Assembly (NCBI GenBank): GCA_951406725.2
Contig: OX597838.1
Coordinates: 11,842,001 to 11,906,000 of the forward strand
Reading direction: 5' to 3'
DNA length: 64,000 bases
From: Octopus vulgaris
Lineage: Eukaryota
Position 1 is the stretch's first letter. Each line of letters starts with the position of its first letter. Below the pieces are notes generated by a model. That model did not search any database and had not been told where the DNA came from. It was given only the letters and a program-made list of their open reading frames with translations. Shown piece by piece: positions 44,017 to 57,844 of the stretch. A program made the position numbers and the translations under genes.

Positions 44017-44645
44017 GGGCTACTAATAGTTTCATGCTTTTATGATACTTGAACAGGCATATTCATAAAATATGCCATGTACCTTAAAGCAATCTTGCAA
44101 GCTCTCTTTAAGCGTTATATATATATTTCAAAATCAAGCATAGTCAAAAAATAAGAAAAACGTGGAAAAATGTAAAGAAGGTTGGTGCAAAAAAGAGAAC
44201 CAGAAAAACAAAAAGAAAAAGAACAGAATCAAGAGCACTAAGATCTTTGTCCTCCCTGATAGCAGAAAGTTCATTAAATATAACGGGTTTAGAACAGAAT
44301 AACAGAAAATATCTGAAAGTTTGCATTGCACCAATTGAATCCGGTGCAGTTGTTGGTCTCCAATTCGATAAAAGAAACTTGTCTATGTGTCTATACCTGT
44401 TAAAATTTTCAGATCTCGAATTAAGTATTGTGTTGAAATTGCTGGATCTAAGAAGAATATGAATTATTTCTACTGCGAATAAGGTACATTTCTTAGATCC
44501 ATTTACACATGGCTTGGATTTCTCCCCTATTCTCCACTGAATTTTATGTAGAGCAGAACTGATCGTCAAATTCCATGCATGGCTAACCAACTTGGTTGCA
44601 TTAGTTTTATTGGTGTGTCGGAGAGATGATGGGTGGTTTGCATAA
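44017..44645 (-). mobile_element. Penelope-like element 3' fragment (GIY-YIG C-terminus plus UTR)
   Basis: ORF 44144-44656 reads H.SSLRH.NKTNATKL.SH.WNL...IQWRI.EKSKP..NGSKKCTL..E..HIL....ILNSRSE..RYRH..KFLL, a decayed PLE C-terminus; hammerhead relic downstream at ~44017-44104. Confidence 0.82.
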
Positions 44646-44776
44646 AGGCTATGCATTTAAAAAGATATATATATATATATGTTATGTGCAACAGACAGAA
44701 GTAGTATTAGCTAGCTGTGTATCATACTTAATTGGGCTTTCCGTTATGCATCTAAATTACATTTGATACACAGATT

Positions 44777-44819
<43 letters not shown>

Positions 44820-44973
44820 GAAGCTTGTATTTGTCCGCTCGTTCTATGAGCGGTGTTAGCGTGAATATATGATCTGTCGTACGTTGGCTCTTACCGAAAC
44901 AAGCTTGCTCTCTCGGCTAACAGTCATTGAAGTGTTTTGATCGTCTGGTGGCTATGGCATTTGTAAACAACTT

Positions 44974-45027
<54 letters not shown>

Positions 45028-45090
45028 TAAAAACGGTAAGATAACAAAAAAAAGAAAGGGACCTCAATATTATGTAAATAGAGGAAATTT

Positions 45091-45232
45091 ATCTGTAAAT
45101 TAATATGTTACCATTATTCAATAGCCAAGATAAAACTCTGAGTTTCAGATGCCGAAGTGGAAATCCACAACACCATCTTTGGCATCTGAAGTTTTATCTT
45201 GACTATTGAATAATGGTAACATATTAATTTAC

Positions 45233-45236
<4 letters not shown>
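45091..45236. repeat. Fold-back inverted repeat in a (TA)n-flanked element
   Basis: 46-bp arms ATCTGTAAATTAATATGTTACCATTATTCAATAG.CAAGATAAAAC and its mirror, plus an inner TTCAGATGCC/GGCATCTGAA stem. Confidence 0.9.
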
Positions 45237-45282
<46 letters not shown>

Positions 45283-45764
45283 GCACATATGTACATATGT
45301 AGCAAAGATATACCTGTATATAGCTATCGATCTGCGAAAGAAATCGGAATGGTCGCAACTAGAATCTACTCGATTTTACCGGGGACTAAACAATAACAAG
45401 AACAATAACACTATTATACAATATTGTTATATAACGAACTACACTGTAATACGCGGCGCTATAAAACTCTATGTTACACCTCACCATGTCACAGTGTGCC
45501 ATACACAGCACGTTTTGGCAAACGTCACTGAACAATTTCATACCATACTATAGTAATCCAAACAACCCTGCGATATACTCCGACATGCTACGTCTAACAC
45601 CACCTCAATGCATTCCTATACACTGTTCCACACTATACTTAAGTGCACTATAATGCAACAGCTACTGCAATATCTAATGAACACTATCACAGACGTCACG
45701 ATTCTCTACCCCGCTACCCCGGCCAAAAGCCAGCACTACTACCTCCACGGCAACAATAAAAACC

Positions 45765-46375
45765 ACCACCATAACCATGACCATAACCACCGTAATCATC
45801 ACCATGACCACAACCACCACCACCACTATCACCACCACAACTACTACCAATCACAACCGCCGTCACCACCGCCACCACCACCACCACCACCACCACCACC
45901 ACCACAAACGCCATCACCACCATCCATCACACCACCACCACAACCACCACAACCACTACCAATCACAGCCGCCGTCACCACCGCCGCCGCCACCACCACC
46001 ACCACCACCACCACCACCACCACAAACGCCATCACCACCGCATTACAACCATCACCTCTACCACAGACGCCACAACCATAATCACCATCACTACAACTAC
46101 CACTACCACCACAGCCACTTTCATCACGACGACCACCACCTCAGACGTCACCATCATCAGGACCACCACCACCACCACCACTATCACCATGACTACAACC
46201 GCCACCGCCACTACAAACACCACACCTATGACCTCTATGACAACAAAAGCCACACCAGCGCCACCACCACCACCACCACCAGCATCATTACAAACAACAA
46301 CCGTCACACACATCCCCACCATCACCACCAGGGCAAGATAAATCATCGCTACAACCACCACCACCACCAAAGCCA
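45765..46375. repeat. Degenerate (CAC)n region with a ~75-80 bp internal duplication
   Basis: ACCAATCACA.CCGCCGTCACCACC...ACAAACGCCATCACCACC at ~45846 and ~45958. Confidence 0.85.
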
Positions 46376-47464
46376 TTCCCCACAAACAATACGACATTAC
46401 ATCTCATGAGGTAATATGGTCACTTGCTATGCCAGACATAGCAGCCAAATCTCGTTGAAACTATACCTTACTGTTTTTGTTTTATCGTTACACACTTGGA
46501 AAATGTCGTCTGGTCAACATTACGTCTGTCTGAAAAAAAATTGAAGACATGTAACAAAGTGGTCAGAGTATGTCTCTGACCATCGGTGTTTTTACCCATA
46601 TCATTACACAGACAGAGGTATAAACAAAATAATTATCACCCCCCAACAACCACCAACAAGAACAAAACCTACTACTACTACTACTACTACTACTACTGCT
46701 ACATTCTTTTCTTCTTTTCCCAACGCCATAACATGGATTATCGTGGCTCGGATTACCGTGGCGAAACACGTTGATTACCTCATCCCCCCGCTCTAAAAGT
46801 AGACTTCCATCTTATTACAGTTTGACGAAAACGTATTTGTTAATTTTTAAAAAATTTCTCTGTTGATTTTCTTCGAAAGGACACGAAGAAAATATTACAA
46901 TATTACATGTGAGAGGTGTTAATTTGCCTCGACCAATTGCCGGTCGGTCTAATAGATGCTCAGAATCGTTTCCCGGTTTTATGCTGTTTTAAACGATAAT
47001 TAAACTTTTTTTGCTTGAAACAAAAAAAAAAAATAAAAAATAAAAAATATATATAAAAAAAGAACTAAACAAAACAAAAGACAAAAATTAAAAAATTTAA
47101 AAAAAAAAATAATAAAGTGAAAACTTACTCCCTCCCATCGACTCTCCTACCCCCAAGTGAAAGCAATAAACTACCAGTTGCATCTTCAGCGAAACGACAT
47201 TTTATTTTATTCAGAAACTATTTATTTTTCAAATTTGTTTATTTCTATTTTTCAATGACTTTTTTTTGTTTTCCTTCTATTGTTACAAATCTTCTGAAAC
47301 AAACGAGAGAAATAAAGATCACGAATGCATACACACAAACAAACAAGCACACACACACACACAAACAAATACACAGATACAGACACAGCCACACACACAC
47401 ACAAATGCTCATATTTCTGACATGCAGAGATACGATCACAAACATACATACTTACATACATACA

Positions 47465-47512
<48 letters not shown>

Positions 47513-47607
47513 GCATGTATGTATGTATATATGTATATATTTATGTATATGTATACACACATAGACATATATGCACATACTTATGCAGACATACATATGC
47601 GTATATA

Positions 47608-47651
<44 letters not shown>

Positions 47652-47687
47652 AATATATATATATACATATGCATATATATATACATA

Positions 47688-47725
<38 letters not shown>

Positions 47726-47901
47726 AAATATTGAGTTTCTAAATCTTCTCGGTGGTGTACCCCCTACTGTCACGTTCTTGTTAGATTGACAGTATACAAC
47801 CATTATATATATATATATATATATATATAAAGTGGTGCTCCAGTATGGCCGCAGTGAAATGACTGAAACAAGTAAAAGAATAAAAGAATATATATATAAT
47901 T

Positions 47902-48062
47902 GGCGCAGGAATGGCTGTGTGGTAAGTAGCTTGCTTATCAGCCACATGGTTTGGGCTTCAGTCCCACCGCGTGGCACCTTGGGCAAGTGTCTTCTACTAT
48001 AGTCTCGAGCCGAATAAAGCCTTGTGAGTGGATTTGGTAGACGGAAACTGAAAGAAGCCCGT

Positions 48063-48065
<3 letters not shown>
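47902..48065 (+). mobile_element. SINE family B 5' half, preceded by a family B tail fragment at ~47830-47890
   Basis: Matches the 22763 head. Confidence 0.85.
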
Positions 48066-48106
<41 letters not shown>

Positions 48107-48223
48107 CGTGCGTGTGTGCGTGTGTATGCGTACGCATGCATACATAGATATATAACTACAAGACAGTTATAGCAATACATGCACAAAACCATACGCACGT
48201 ACACATGAATGAACACGAAACTA

Positions 48224-48275
<52 letters not shown>

Positions 48276-48437
48276 ACACACACACTCATGGATACGTGTA
48301 CATACACATACATGCACACATACATATACGCACATATTCTCAATTAAAAATATACAAACACGTACTTAAACACAAAGACAGAAATATATACACAAACCCA
48401 CAGAGCTCAAGCACAAACACACACAAACATACACATA

Positions 48438-48495
<58 letters not shown>

Positions 48496-48785
48496 CACAA
48501 AACTTTTTCAAAATTCGAATGTGTATGTACGTCATTGAAATCTATTTATGAATGGAAAAAAAAAAATTTAAATATTAAAAAAAAAACCTCTAAAAATAAT
48601 TTTGAAAATTCCCTAAAACCTAAAAGATTTTAAAACAATACAAAACATGATTATGATGGAAAATTCACAAAAGGTGACACACATTAGAGGTGAACAAATT
48701 AGGTATGTATGATTTTTTTGTTTGTTTTTTTTAAAATTACTATTATTCTTATTGTTATAATAATAATTATTGTTGTTGTTGTTAA

Positions 48786-48876
<91 letters not shown>

Positions 48877-49137
48877 GTTATTATTGTTTCAATTCTTCTG
48901 ACTTGTGAATAATAGAACGCAAAATGACAAACTAATAAAATCTAAATTGAATGTAGAATCGTCAACATGCATCTTATTGTTCTTTGTTTATTACTGATGT
49001 TGTTGTTGTTGATAAGGTTGTTGTTGCTGTTGTTATTGTTAAGTACGACATGTTCTGAAGTTCAAATTGTATCGAGATCTTCTTTGCCTTTTATCTTTCT
49101 GGAGGAGACGTGAAGCCTCCCTTCTCCTTTTCTTACT

Positions 49138-49192
49138 TATCATCATCATCATCATCATCACCATCAACATCAACATCAACATCGTTATCATC

Positions 49193-49241
<49 letters not shown>

Positions 49242-49317
49242 CCATCAACATCAACATCAACATCGTTATCATCTTCATCATCATCATCATCATCATCGTC
49301 ATCATCATCATCATCAT

Positions 49318-49348
<31 letters not shown>

Positions 49349-49432
49349 GTCATCGTCGTCGTCGTCATCATCATCATCATCATCATCACCACCACCACCA
49401 CCACCACCACCACCACCACCATCATCATCATC

Positions 49433-49478
<46 letters not shown>

Positions 49479-49501
49479 CCACCACCACCACCACCACCAC
49501 C

Positions 49502-49573
<72 letters not shown>

Positions 49574-49594
49574 GTCATCATCATCATCATCATC
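49138..49594. repeat. Compound (CAT)/(CAC) microsatellite
   Basis: Direct reading. Confidence 0.95.
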
Positions 49595-51041
49595 AAGCTC
49601 TGGACAATTGTTCTCGAGTTCTAGGACTCACAAGTCTAGTTTCCATGGCGCATAAACGAGCGAGATCATCGCACTATTACCCCAGGACAGAACGCTAGTT
49701 CGACGCAGAGTCACTCATTTACAGCAATCGACCACGCGCCTTCATGAGCCCTATACCCTTTCCTGAAGATTTTAGCCCTTGAGTCTATGTCAGATGCTTT
49801 TACTAGGATTATAACACGTTTTCAGTTCAAATCTCACCGTGGTCAGACGGGGATTCCCGGAATTGCTTGTGTGCTTTTCGGCCTTAGCCAGGCCGTAAAG
49901 ATGTTTTTGAAGTGCCAACAGATCTTTAAAATCGTCTTTATCAACAATCAATAACCTTGAGCACTTGATTCTCGCCTCCTCAATCTTTACAGCATTTCCT
50001 TTGTCGTCTTTTATGTCCATTATTAGAGTAAGATGGATAGGGTTCACCCTTCGGTTAAAACCCTCAATGAGAAAGTCGGGTGAGAAATGGAGGCCTCTTC
50101 ATAAGGGGCTCCTTAGCCCAATGTTTGCCCTTTGCTTTGTCACTCTTACTCTTTTTGCTATTACCAACAGCGAAATAACCCCACTCTGTATCCTTATCTC
50201 CATCATGGCCGCAAGACGATCGGAAATGTTTCTACTGATCAAAGCTTCGAGCTCAGAGGTTTGTAGGCTGGCTAAAATCAAAAACTAGATCTGGCGGCCC
50301 GAATGGGGCGGACAATTATTCCTCAAAACCCTCTTCATAATATACACCAAAGTAAATGGATAAAGGATTCAATATACATTATAATGAATTCATCAACAAT
50401 AAAGGAAGGAACGAATGTGAGATGCTATCAAAGTTTCTATGCAGAGATGTTGGGGGGGGGGGGATAACTTATCCACATGGTGTGTGTGTGTGTGTGTGCG
50501 CGCGCACGTGCATGTATATGTATATATGTATATATGTGTGAATATATACAAATATGTATGCATCTATCTATTTATATCTATCTATCTATCTATTTATATC
50601 TATCTATCTATCTATCTATCTATATATATATATATATATATACATATATATAATAATAATATTAGGGAGTACAACTCCAAACTTACAGGGAAAAATTCAA
50701 TTTGGTATTAAATCAAATTTCACAGTATAAATATATAAAGTATAAAATATGAATTAGAGATAAAACCACTATTATGCAACTCAAACAGTGAAAGACATAA
50801 ACCAATACAAAAATAACCAATAATAATAATAATAATATATATATATATATAATAAATATTAGGGAATAAATCCAAACTTACAGGGAAAAATCAGATTTAG
50901 GATTGAATCCAATTTCATAGTAAAATATTATATTATATTAAATTAGAGAGAAAACCACTATTATGCAAATCAAACAAAGAAAGACTTAAGCCAATACATA
51001 AATTAATTTATATTATTTAGAAATTTAACAATTATTAATAT

Positions 51042-51104
51042 CCACTACGATCGTTTCATGTCTTCTTTCATCACATCTTTGAGTAGTAGACATTCATCAG
51101 GTGG
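51042..51104 (-). ncRNA. Mirror copy of the type I hammerhead ribozyme motif
   Basis: Exact reverse complement of 51155-51217. Confidence 0.8.
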
Positions 51105-51154
51105 TTACAAATATTCTTGGCGAGTTTTAAACAATTCGCCAAGAATATTTGTAA

Positions 51155-51217
51155 CCACCTGATGAATGTCTACTACTCAAAGATGTGATGAAAGAAGACA
51201 TGAAACGATCGTAGTGG
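51155..51217 (+). ncRNA. Minimal type I hammerhead ribozyme motif
   Basis: CCAC-CTGATGA-ATGTCT(24-nt loop)AGACAT-GAAA-C gatc G-TA-GTGG: intact core, stem I CCAC/GTGG, 6-bp stem II, palindromic stem III, GUA cleavage triplet. Confidence 0.8.
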
Positions 51218-52679
51218 ATATTAATAATTGTTAAATTTCTAAATAATATAAATTAATTTATGTATTGGCTTAAGTCTTTCTTTGTTTGATTTGCATAATA
51301 GTGGTTTTCTCTCTAATTTAATATAATATATATATATATATATCATACATATACACATGCATAATACATACACACGCACACACAAACGCATTCATATGCA
51401 TATGCAATCCTCTGAAATAAGAACCCTTAGAGAGGGAAAAGAGACATAAAGTGCCCAAATGAATGCATATCGTTCTTAAGAAGATCAAGGTTTCATAGAA
51501 AGCTTACTGTATTTCTGCTGTAAAATCTTTTACTGTCGTTCATATCACTGGAATCTACTGATACGATCATGTCTGTATAATTGAAGTGAAAAGAAAATGT
51601 ATCCCCTCTTTTAGAATATGAATTCATAAACTTCTTATTCAGTCGTTAGGAAAACAAAAGGTTCTCTAAAGTGGATTGACTTGACTAACTGGAACTGGTG
51701 TTAATCATGAGTCTAATTTAGTTTCGCCTGTGAATGCATGCGGAATGTTCTAAATTAGAAAAAATTTCTTCATAAAATTATATCGGACGCTGGAATAAAT
51801 ATTATCGCAGGTCGGATCCGACCAGCGAGCCGTACACTTTGACATCTCTGCTGAAGGCAGTCCAGGGCTGGTGAAGCACGACCCTCGGCATCGAGTTTCC
51901 CTGTTAGTAACAGATGAGGATGAGAATGGCTGAAATATGGAGATACGTTCTCAAAGTCCCACCCAATTAGAATTGATTATTTAAAAGAAATAATATATCA
52001 TAAAAACACAAATAGCGAACAAATACAAATCACAGAGCGAAACCGAAGAGCAGAACATAAAGAAACCGAATCCCTCTCCTCCAATACACACGTGTATATA
52101 TTAGTGACCAATAAAAAATCAGACCAGAACAACAGAAAATATAAATAAAAGGGAATATGAGGAATGTTTAAGAGCAGAAATTCTTTAAATGACAGTCAGG
52201 AACATAATGTTCACCTAAAGAGAAAAATAAATAATTAAAAGGACATATTTTCTTAAAGACTGACGAAGGTATTTCTCTTAGACAAAGCTTAATGATGACA
52301 GTAAAAAGAAATCCATCCCGTAAATCTGCCCAACGGAGAAAATGAAAACAGACTCAAACGTCATTATCAACAGGTTAAATTAAATGATATATGATATTGA
52401 GAATGAAAAAAAAAATTATAAAAGAAATTCCGCTGCTTAAAGATCGATAGATTTCTTGAATAAACACTCAAAATGAATATTTTTTTAGTCAAATCAAATA
52501 ATACAATTAAATAAAATGTAATTCCATGTATTACTAATAATAAGAGGATTTGAGGGAGGAGTAGGGAGAGGGGAAAAAATCGCCACAAAGGACATTTGTT
52601 CAAAAATAATGAACGGTCGTAAGAGGAGGCCATATCAACACAAGAAATAGCCTGGTCGATTCTAGAAACGACAACTGTT

Positions 52680-52979
52680 CCTTCTCCTTCTCGAGCCACA
52701 CCTGGCTCATAATGGCCTGTTTCCCGGTTTCCTTGGTGTATGGGTTCCCAATCTGGACGGGACGCCGGTCCGTCGCAGGTGAGCTGCAAGATGCAGGAGG
52801 AAAGAGTGAGAGAAAGTTGTGGCGAAAGAGTCAGCAGAAGTTTCGCCATTACCTTCTGCCGGAGCCGCATGGAGCTTAGGGGTTTCGCTCATAAACATAC
52901 ACATCGCCCGGTCTGAGATTCGAATACGCGATCCCTCGACCGCGAGTCCGCTGCTCTAACCACTAGGCCATGTGCCTCC
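52680..52979 (-). mobile_element. SINE family A variant
   Basis: Head GGAGGCACATGGCCTAGTGGTTAGAGCAGCGGACTCGCGG on the minus strand. Confidence 0.85.
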
Positions 52980-53721
52980 ACAGAAACGACAACTGCAAGG
53001 CTCCAGTACACGCTAGCACCCACAAAACTCTTGATTGAAATATTTAACTGGGACTCACAATATGCTAACAGAGAAACTTATTGAAATACTGACAAGACCA
53101 GAAAAAAACCCAAAAAAACACTTGTCTGGTTTACTGGTCAATCTGTTGCCTCCTATAACCCACTTTTCGCTATTTATCCAAAGCAGCTGATCTCCAAATA
53201 TATTAAATCAAAACGATGCATTACTTTACTTACTTATTTAATGAGACCCTTGTACTTCATACTTTGCTGTTACATTTTTATATTTGAGCTAAAATTTGTG
53301 ATTTTTAATAGTCTAATATCTCCTCGAATTCATGCATAGGTCATATTTCTTTCTTTGTTAAGGTTTTATTCTCTGCACTCAATCCACATTCTACCAGTTA
53401 CGAAGCTGGAAAGCACTATAGTTTTTTAGTAATTTCAGACCCCTTTTTTTGGATACAACTGTTTAGATATATTTGACAATCATAATTCAGTTATTCCACC
53501 TCTTACAAATTTGTATTTTCATTTTAGTTCAATAAGTTCTTAGAAATTTCACTGACGGATGAAATTTCACAGCCAAAACGATCCATCGTTCATGGCTGTA
53601 CTTCAAATGAAAATAAATCGACTACTTAGTTCTATTCATTAAAAATTTTCTGGTCATATTTGCTGTGAGATCAAATTTCATAGCTTTATTAGAAAATGAG
53701 CTGTTGGGTATAAGACATATA

Positions 53722-54234
53722 CCGTAAATCCTCGAGTATTATCCGCCCTTGAGTATAATACTCAGGGGATTTTTAGGGGGCTGTACCTCTGAAAAACCTA
53801 AACCTTGTGTATAATACGCACCCTTTCTCTAACTTGAGTCAAGGAGGTCTATATAACGTCCTTGGTTTGTAAAAATGTATACGGTAACCTCCTTTATTAT
53901 TATTTTATATATAACATAATGCAAACGTGTAGCTTTTTTGTGCATTTTGTTTGCAGAAAATAAAGAAATAACAGTAATAACGTTTAATAAATGTTGCTTA
54001 CTGCAAGTTATGGATGATTCTTTTATGACTTCATTGCTTTCAGGCTTAGCTTAAGGTATTTTCGCGCCCGACATCACAAAATGCATCTGAATAAACATTG
54101 CCGGACAGCAAATAGAGACTCAGACATTGCTTAGAAAATAATTTTCATTTTTAACCTCGTATATAGTACGCACTAGGGATTTTGACCTTTAAATTTTGGA
54201 AAAAAAAAAGCGGATTATACTCGAGGATTTACGG
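53722..54234. mobile_element. pogo/Tigger-type MITE (513 bp) with TA target-site duplication
   Basis: TA|CCGTAAATCCTCGAGTATTATCCGC ... GCGGATTATACTCGAGGATTTACGG|TA (25-bp TIR, 1 mismatch). Confidence 0.92.
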
Positions 54235-55051
54235 TAGGCTGTTTTCGATGAAGCAAACTTTCTACAAAAGCGTAAGACAAATACTTCTCCAATACTGTCT
54301 ACACTTCTCTTTTTGCAAGCCATGATTAAAGAGGCAAAGAGTATGAAAATAGAATTAATAAAAAATAATACCTCGCTTACTCTTAAAATTATTTCCAACG
54401 TAAGTTATGCAATTAGTTATTAATATTGATTTTAAACTTTTGCGGGGAGGGGTAAATCGATTACATCGTCGCCAGTACTCAACTGGTACTTATTTTGTCG
54501 ACTCCAAAAATATGAAAGGTAAAGTGGACCTCGGTGGAAATTGAACTGAGAACGTGTTGTGGTAATATTACTAACTAATTGCTGGTAGAAATAATTCTAC
54601 CAGGAAAATGCTTAAGCGACATTTCGTCGTCTTCATGTTTTGAGTTCAAATTCTGTCGGTCGACTTTGCCTTTCGTCTTTTTGGGGTCGATGAATTAAAG
54701 TAACAGTTGAGCACTGGGGTCAATGTAACCTATTTACCCCCCTCCCCGAAATTGCTGGCCTTGTACCAAAATTTGAAATCAATATTATCAGAGTACCATT
54801 AAATTTCAGAATATTACTATCTCCATGATAATAATTGAGCAAGACACGCTTGTAACAACTACTATTCAAAGACTGGTACGCACCAATCGATCTGACAACC
54901 AATTATTATTGTTGTTGGTAATCGTCAAGCGCTTGTATCCTTATCTTTAAAGGCATTTAAAGTTTTTTTTTCGAAATTAATAGTAGCAGACTACATTATT
55001 CAGGTCATTTACGATTAGTTGACATATTTTTTTACTTCTAATTTTTTTTTT

Positions 55052-55251
55052 ACTACCCACAAGGGGCTAAATACAGAGGGGACAAACAAGGACAGACAAA
55101 CGGATCAAGACGTTTACATTGACCCCAGTGCGTAACTGGTACTTAATTTATCGACCCCGAAAGGATGAAAGGCAAAGTCGACCTCGGCGGAATTTGAATT
55201 CAGAACGTAACGGCAGACGAAATACGGCTACGCATTTCGCCCGGCGTGCTA
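55052..55251 (-). mobile_element. SINE family C
   Basis: Matches 55952-56186. Confidence 0.85.
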
Positions 55252-55951
55252 AATTATGGTATTTGTAACTAATTATAAAAAAAAATATCTCATCTAAGTC
55301 GTAAATGACCTGAATAATGAAGAAAAAAAACTTTAAAGATAGATGGCATCAAAAACGCGGAATCTACTTCACCGTTTTATGTTCCTTCAATACACAGGAG
55401 GAAATAAAAAAAATTTTTATATATAAGTACCATATCCCTATTATTTATAATATTACATTATGATACTATTTTCGTCAAATTTCATTTTAATACATTGGTC
55501 ACATGTAAGTGTACGAACACATGGGCGACATTTTGCCTTGCGTTTGTTAATTCGCCATTGCAAAATATAATTATTTACGAATGTTCACATTTACATAAAG
55601 TATTTAAAAATATATATATCCATTTGTTTGTGAGAAGTTATCATTCCTTCAGCTGCTGCAACATCGTCCCCCTAGGATGCAACATCACCCCCGTTGAGAA
55701 TGCCAGACCAAGACTAAAGACACCCTAAAAGCTGTAAATCCTTACTACAGCTTAAAAGGCCTTAATTGTAATAATATCACAGAATAATATCACAAAGATC
55801 TGGAGTAAAACCCGTTTTGAGGAGAGAGAAAGATCTGTGTATGAATGGATTGACTACAGGATGGCTGTGGCCAGTATTTTCCTGCATTTGGATTCTGTTA
55901 AAAAGTCAGAAATAAGATAGCACTAATAACTGGCAGGTATATGAAACATAA

Positions 55952-56186
55952 GGCGGCGAGCTGGCAGAAACGTTAGCACGCCGGGCGAAATGCGTAGCCG
56001 TATTTCGTCTGCCGTTACGTTCTGCGTTCAAATTCCGCCGAGGTCGACTTCGCCTTTCATCCTTTCGGGGTCGATAAATTAAGCACCAGTTACGCACTGG
56101 GGTCGATGTAATCGACTTAATCCGTTTGTCTGTCCTTGTTTGTCCCCTCTGTGTTTAGCCCCTTGTGGGTAGTAAAAGAAATAGGT
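55952..56186 (+). mobile_element. SINE family C, full length
   Basis: GGCGGCGAGCTGGCAG head to AGAAATAGGT tail; TATGAAACAT occurs on both sides (possible TSD). Confidence 0.9.
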
Positions 56187-56429
56187 ATATGAAACATGTC
56201 AGCAATAAATGAAAAACGAGTCTAAGGATACAAACAAATTAGAGATTTAAAGAAAAACAAAACCTGTTCCAATTAGAAAAAGTCTGTCTCAAAGGAACTT
56301 CCTGTTGCCTTTCCTTTTGTGCCTAACACTAATTCCTTCACATACCACGTTGAACAGGACTGGACATGGATACGAGTGATATAGTAAGACAGAGAGCGAT
56401 CTTTTGTATATGGATGGTCTTCATCTATA

Positions 56430-56639
56430 CTCTTTACTCTTTTACTTGTTTCAGTCATTTGACTGCGGCCATGCTGGAGCACCGCCTTTAGTCGAGCAAA
56501 TCGACCCCGGCACTTATTCTTTGTAAGCCCAGTACTTATTCTATCGGTCTCTTTTGCCGAACCGCTAAGTGACGGAGACGTAAACACACCAGCATCGGTT
56601 GTCAAGCAATGCTAGGGGGACAAACACAGACACACAAAC

Positions 56640-56674
<35 letters not shown>

Positions 56675-56846
56675 CATATATACGACAGGCTTCTTTCAGT
56701 TTCCGTCTACCAAATCCACTCACAAGGCATTGGTCAGCCCGGGGCTATAGCAGAAGACACTTGCCCAAGATGCCACGCAGAGGGACTGAACCCGGAACCA
56801 TGTGGTTGGTTAGCAAGCTACTTACCACACAGCCACTGCTGTGCCT
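56430..56846 (-). mobile_element. SINE family B
   Basis: Reverse complement of 22763-23165. Confidence 0.9.
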
Positions 56847-57042
56847 ATATGCTGCAAAAGAGAAACAGCTAGAAACATTGCGACACGGATTTACCTGAGA
56901 AATTGATACGAGATTCAGATAAGAAAAATTTGCGAGGGCAAACTTGAAGGGAGGAAAATTTATTAAAAACGCTAATAACAGGCTAGATAAAGAAACTGAG
57001 ATGCGAAAATTACACTAAATACAGACTCATAATTACTTGGAT

Positions 57043-57276
57043 ACCTATTTCTTTATTACCCACAAGGGGCTAAACATAGAGGGGACAAACAAGGACAGAC
57101 ATAGGTATTATGTCGATTACATCGACCCCAGTGCGTAAGTGGTACTTAATTTATCGACCCCGAAAGGATGAAAGGCAAAGTCGACCTCGGCGGAATTTGA
57201 ACTCACAACGTAACGGCAGACGAAGTACCGCAAAGCATTTCGCCCGGTGTGCTAACGCTTCTGCCAGCTCGCCGCC
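57043..57276 (-). mobile_element. SINE family C with target-site duplication
   Basis: AATTACTTGGATACC flanks both ends (~57031 and ~57280). Confidence 0.9.
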
Positions 57277-57329
57277 TTAAATTACTTGGATACCGATGAA
57301 TGAGGCGGAGTGCAACAAAGAGAAGAGAG

Positions 57330-57385
<56 letters not shown>

Positions 57386-57844
57386 AGGCAGAGAAAGAAA
57401 GAAAAATAGAGAGTGAGAGACAGAGAGAAATGGAAAGAGAGGCGGTGGGGTAGGAAGAAATATTATAAGCTCATTAGAGCAATATAGAAAACATGCAAAG
57501 AGGAAAGTAACAAGCATCAATACTCTAAGTGATCCAGTAATAAAATTTATAATATTCTCAAAAAGACGCTGAATGAATTGGCAACACCAGACAGACTGCA
57601 TTTAGAATGTGATAGAGAATGATCACATTTACTGATACGGAGAAGTAGAGGCCTTATACAGGAAGAAATCTATAACACAAATATCCAATGTAGGAATAGG
57701 AAATTATGTAATGAAGCATAATGGAAAACTAATATAAACAACTACGAAGAACGAACAAAAAAATCCGTTTTGTTAACCTTTAAAGAAACCAACAAATACA
57801 AGAAAACACTGAGTCTGAAAGGTTAAGAAATGTTTTGACGCAGC

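Larger units (their letters stand above)
50929..51330. repeat. Perfect fold-back, 195-bp arms (50929-51123 and 51136-51330) with a 12-nt loop; likely inverted Penelope-like terminal repeat
   Basis: Arms read as exact reverse complements by eye; each contains a hammerhead motif. Confidence 0.93.

Noticed and set aside
52255-52360. CTGACGA...GAAA motif
   Set aside because: No convincing stem I or stem III/cleavage triplet
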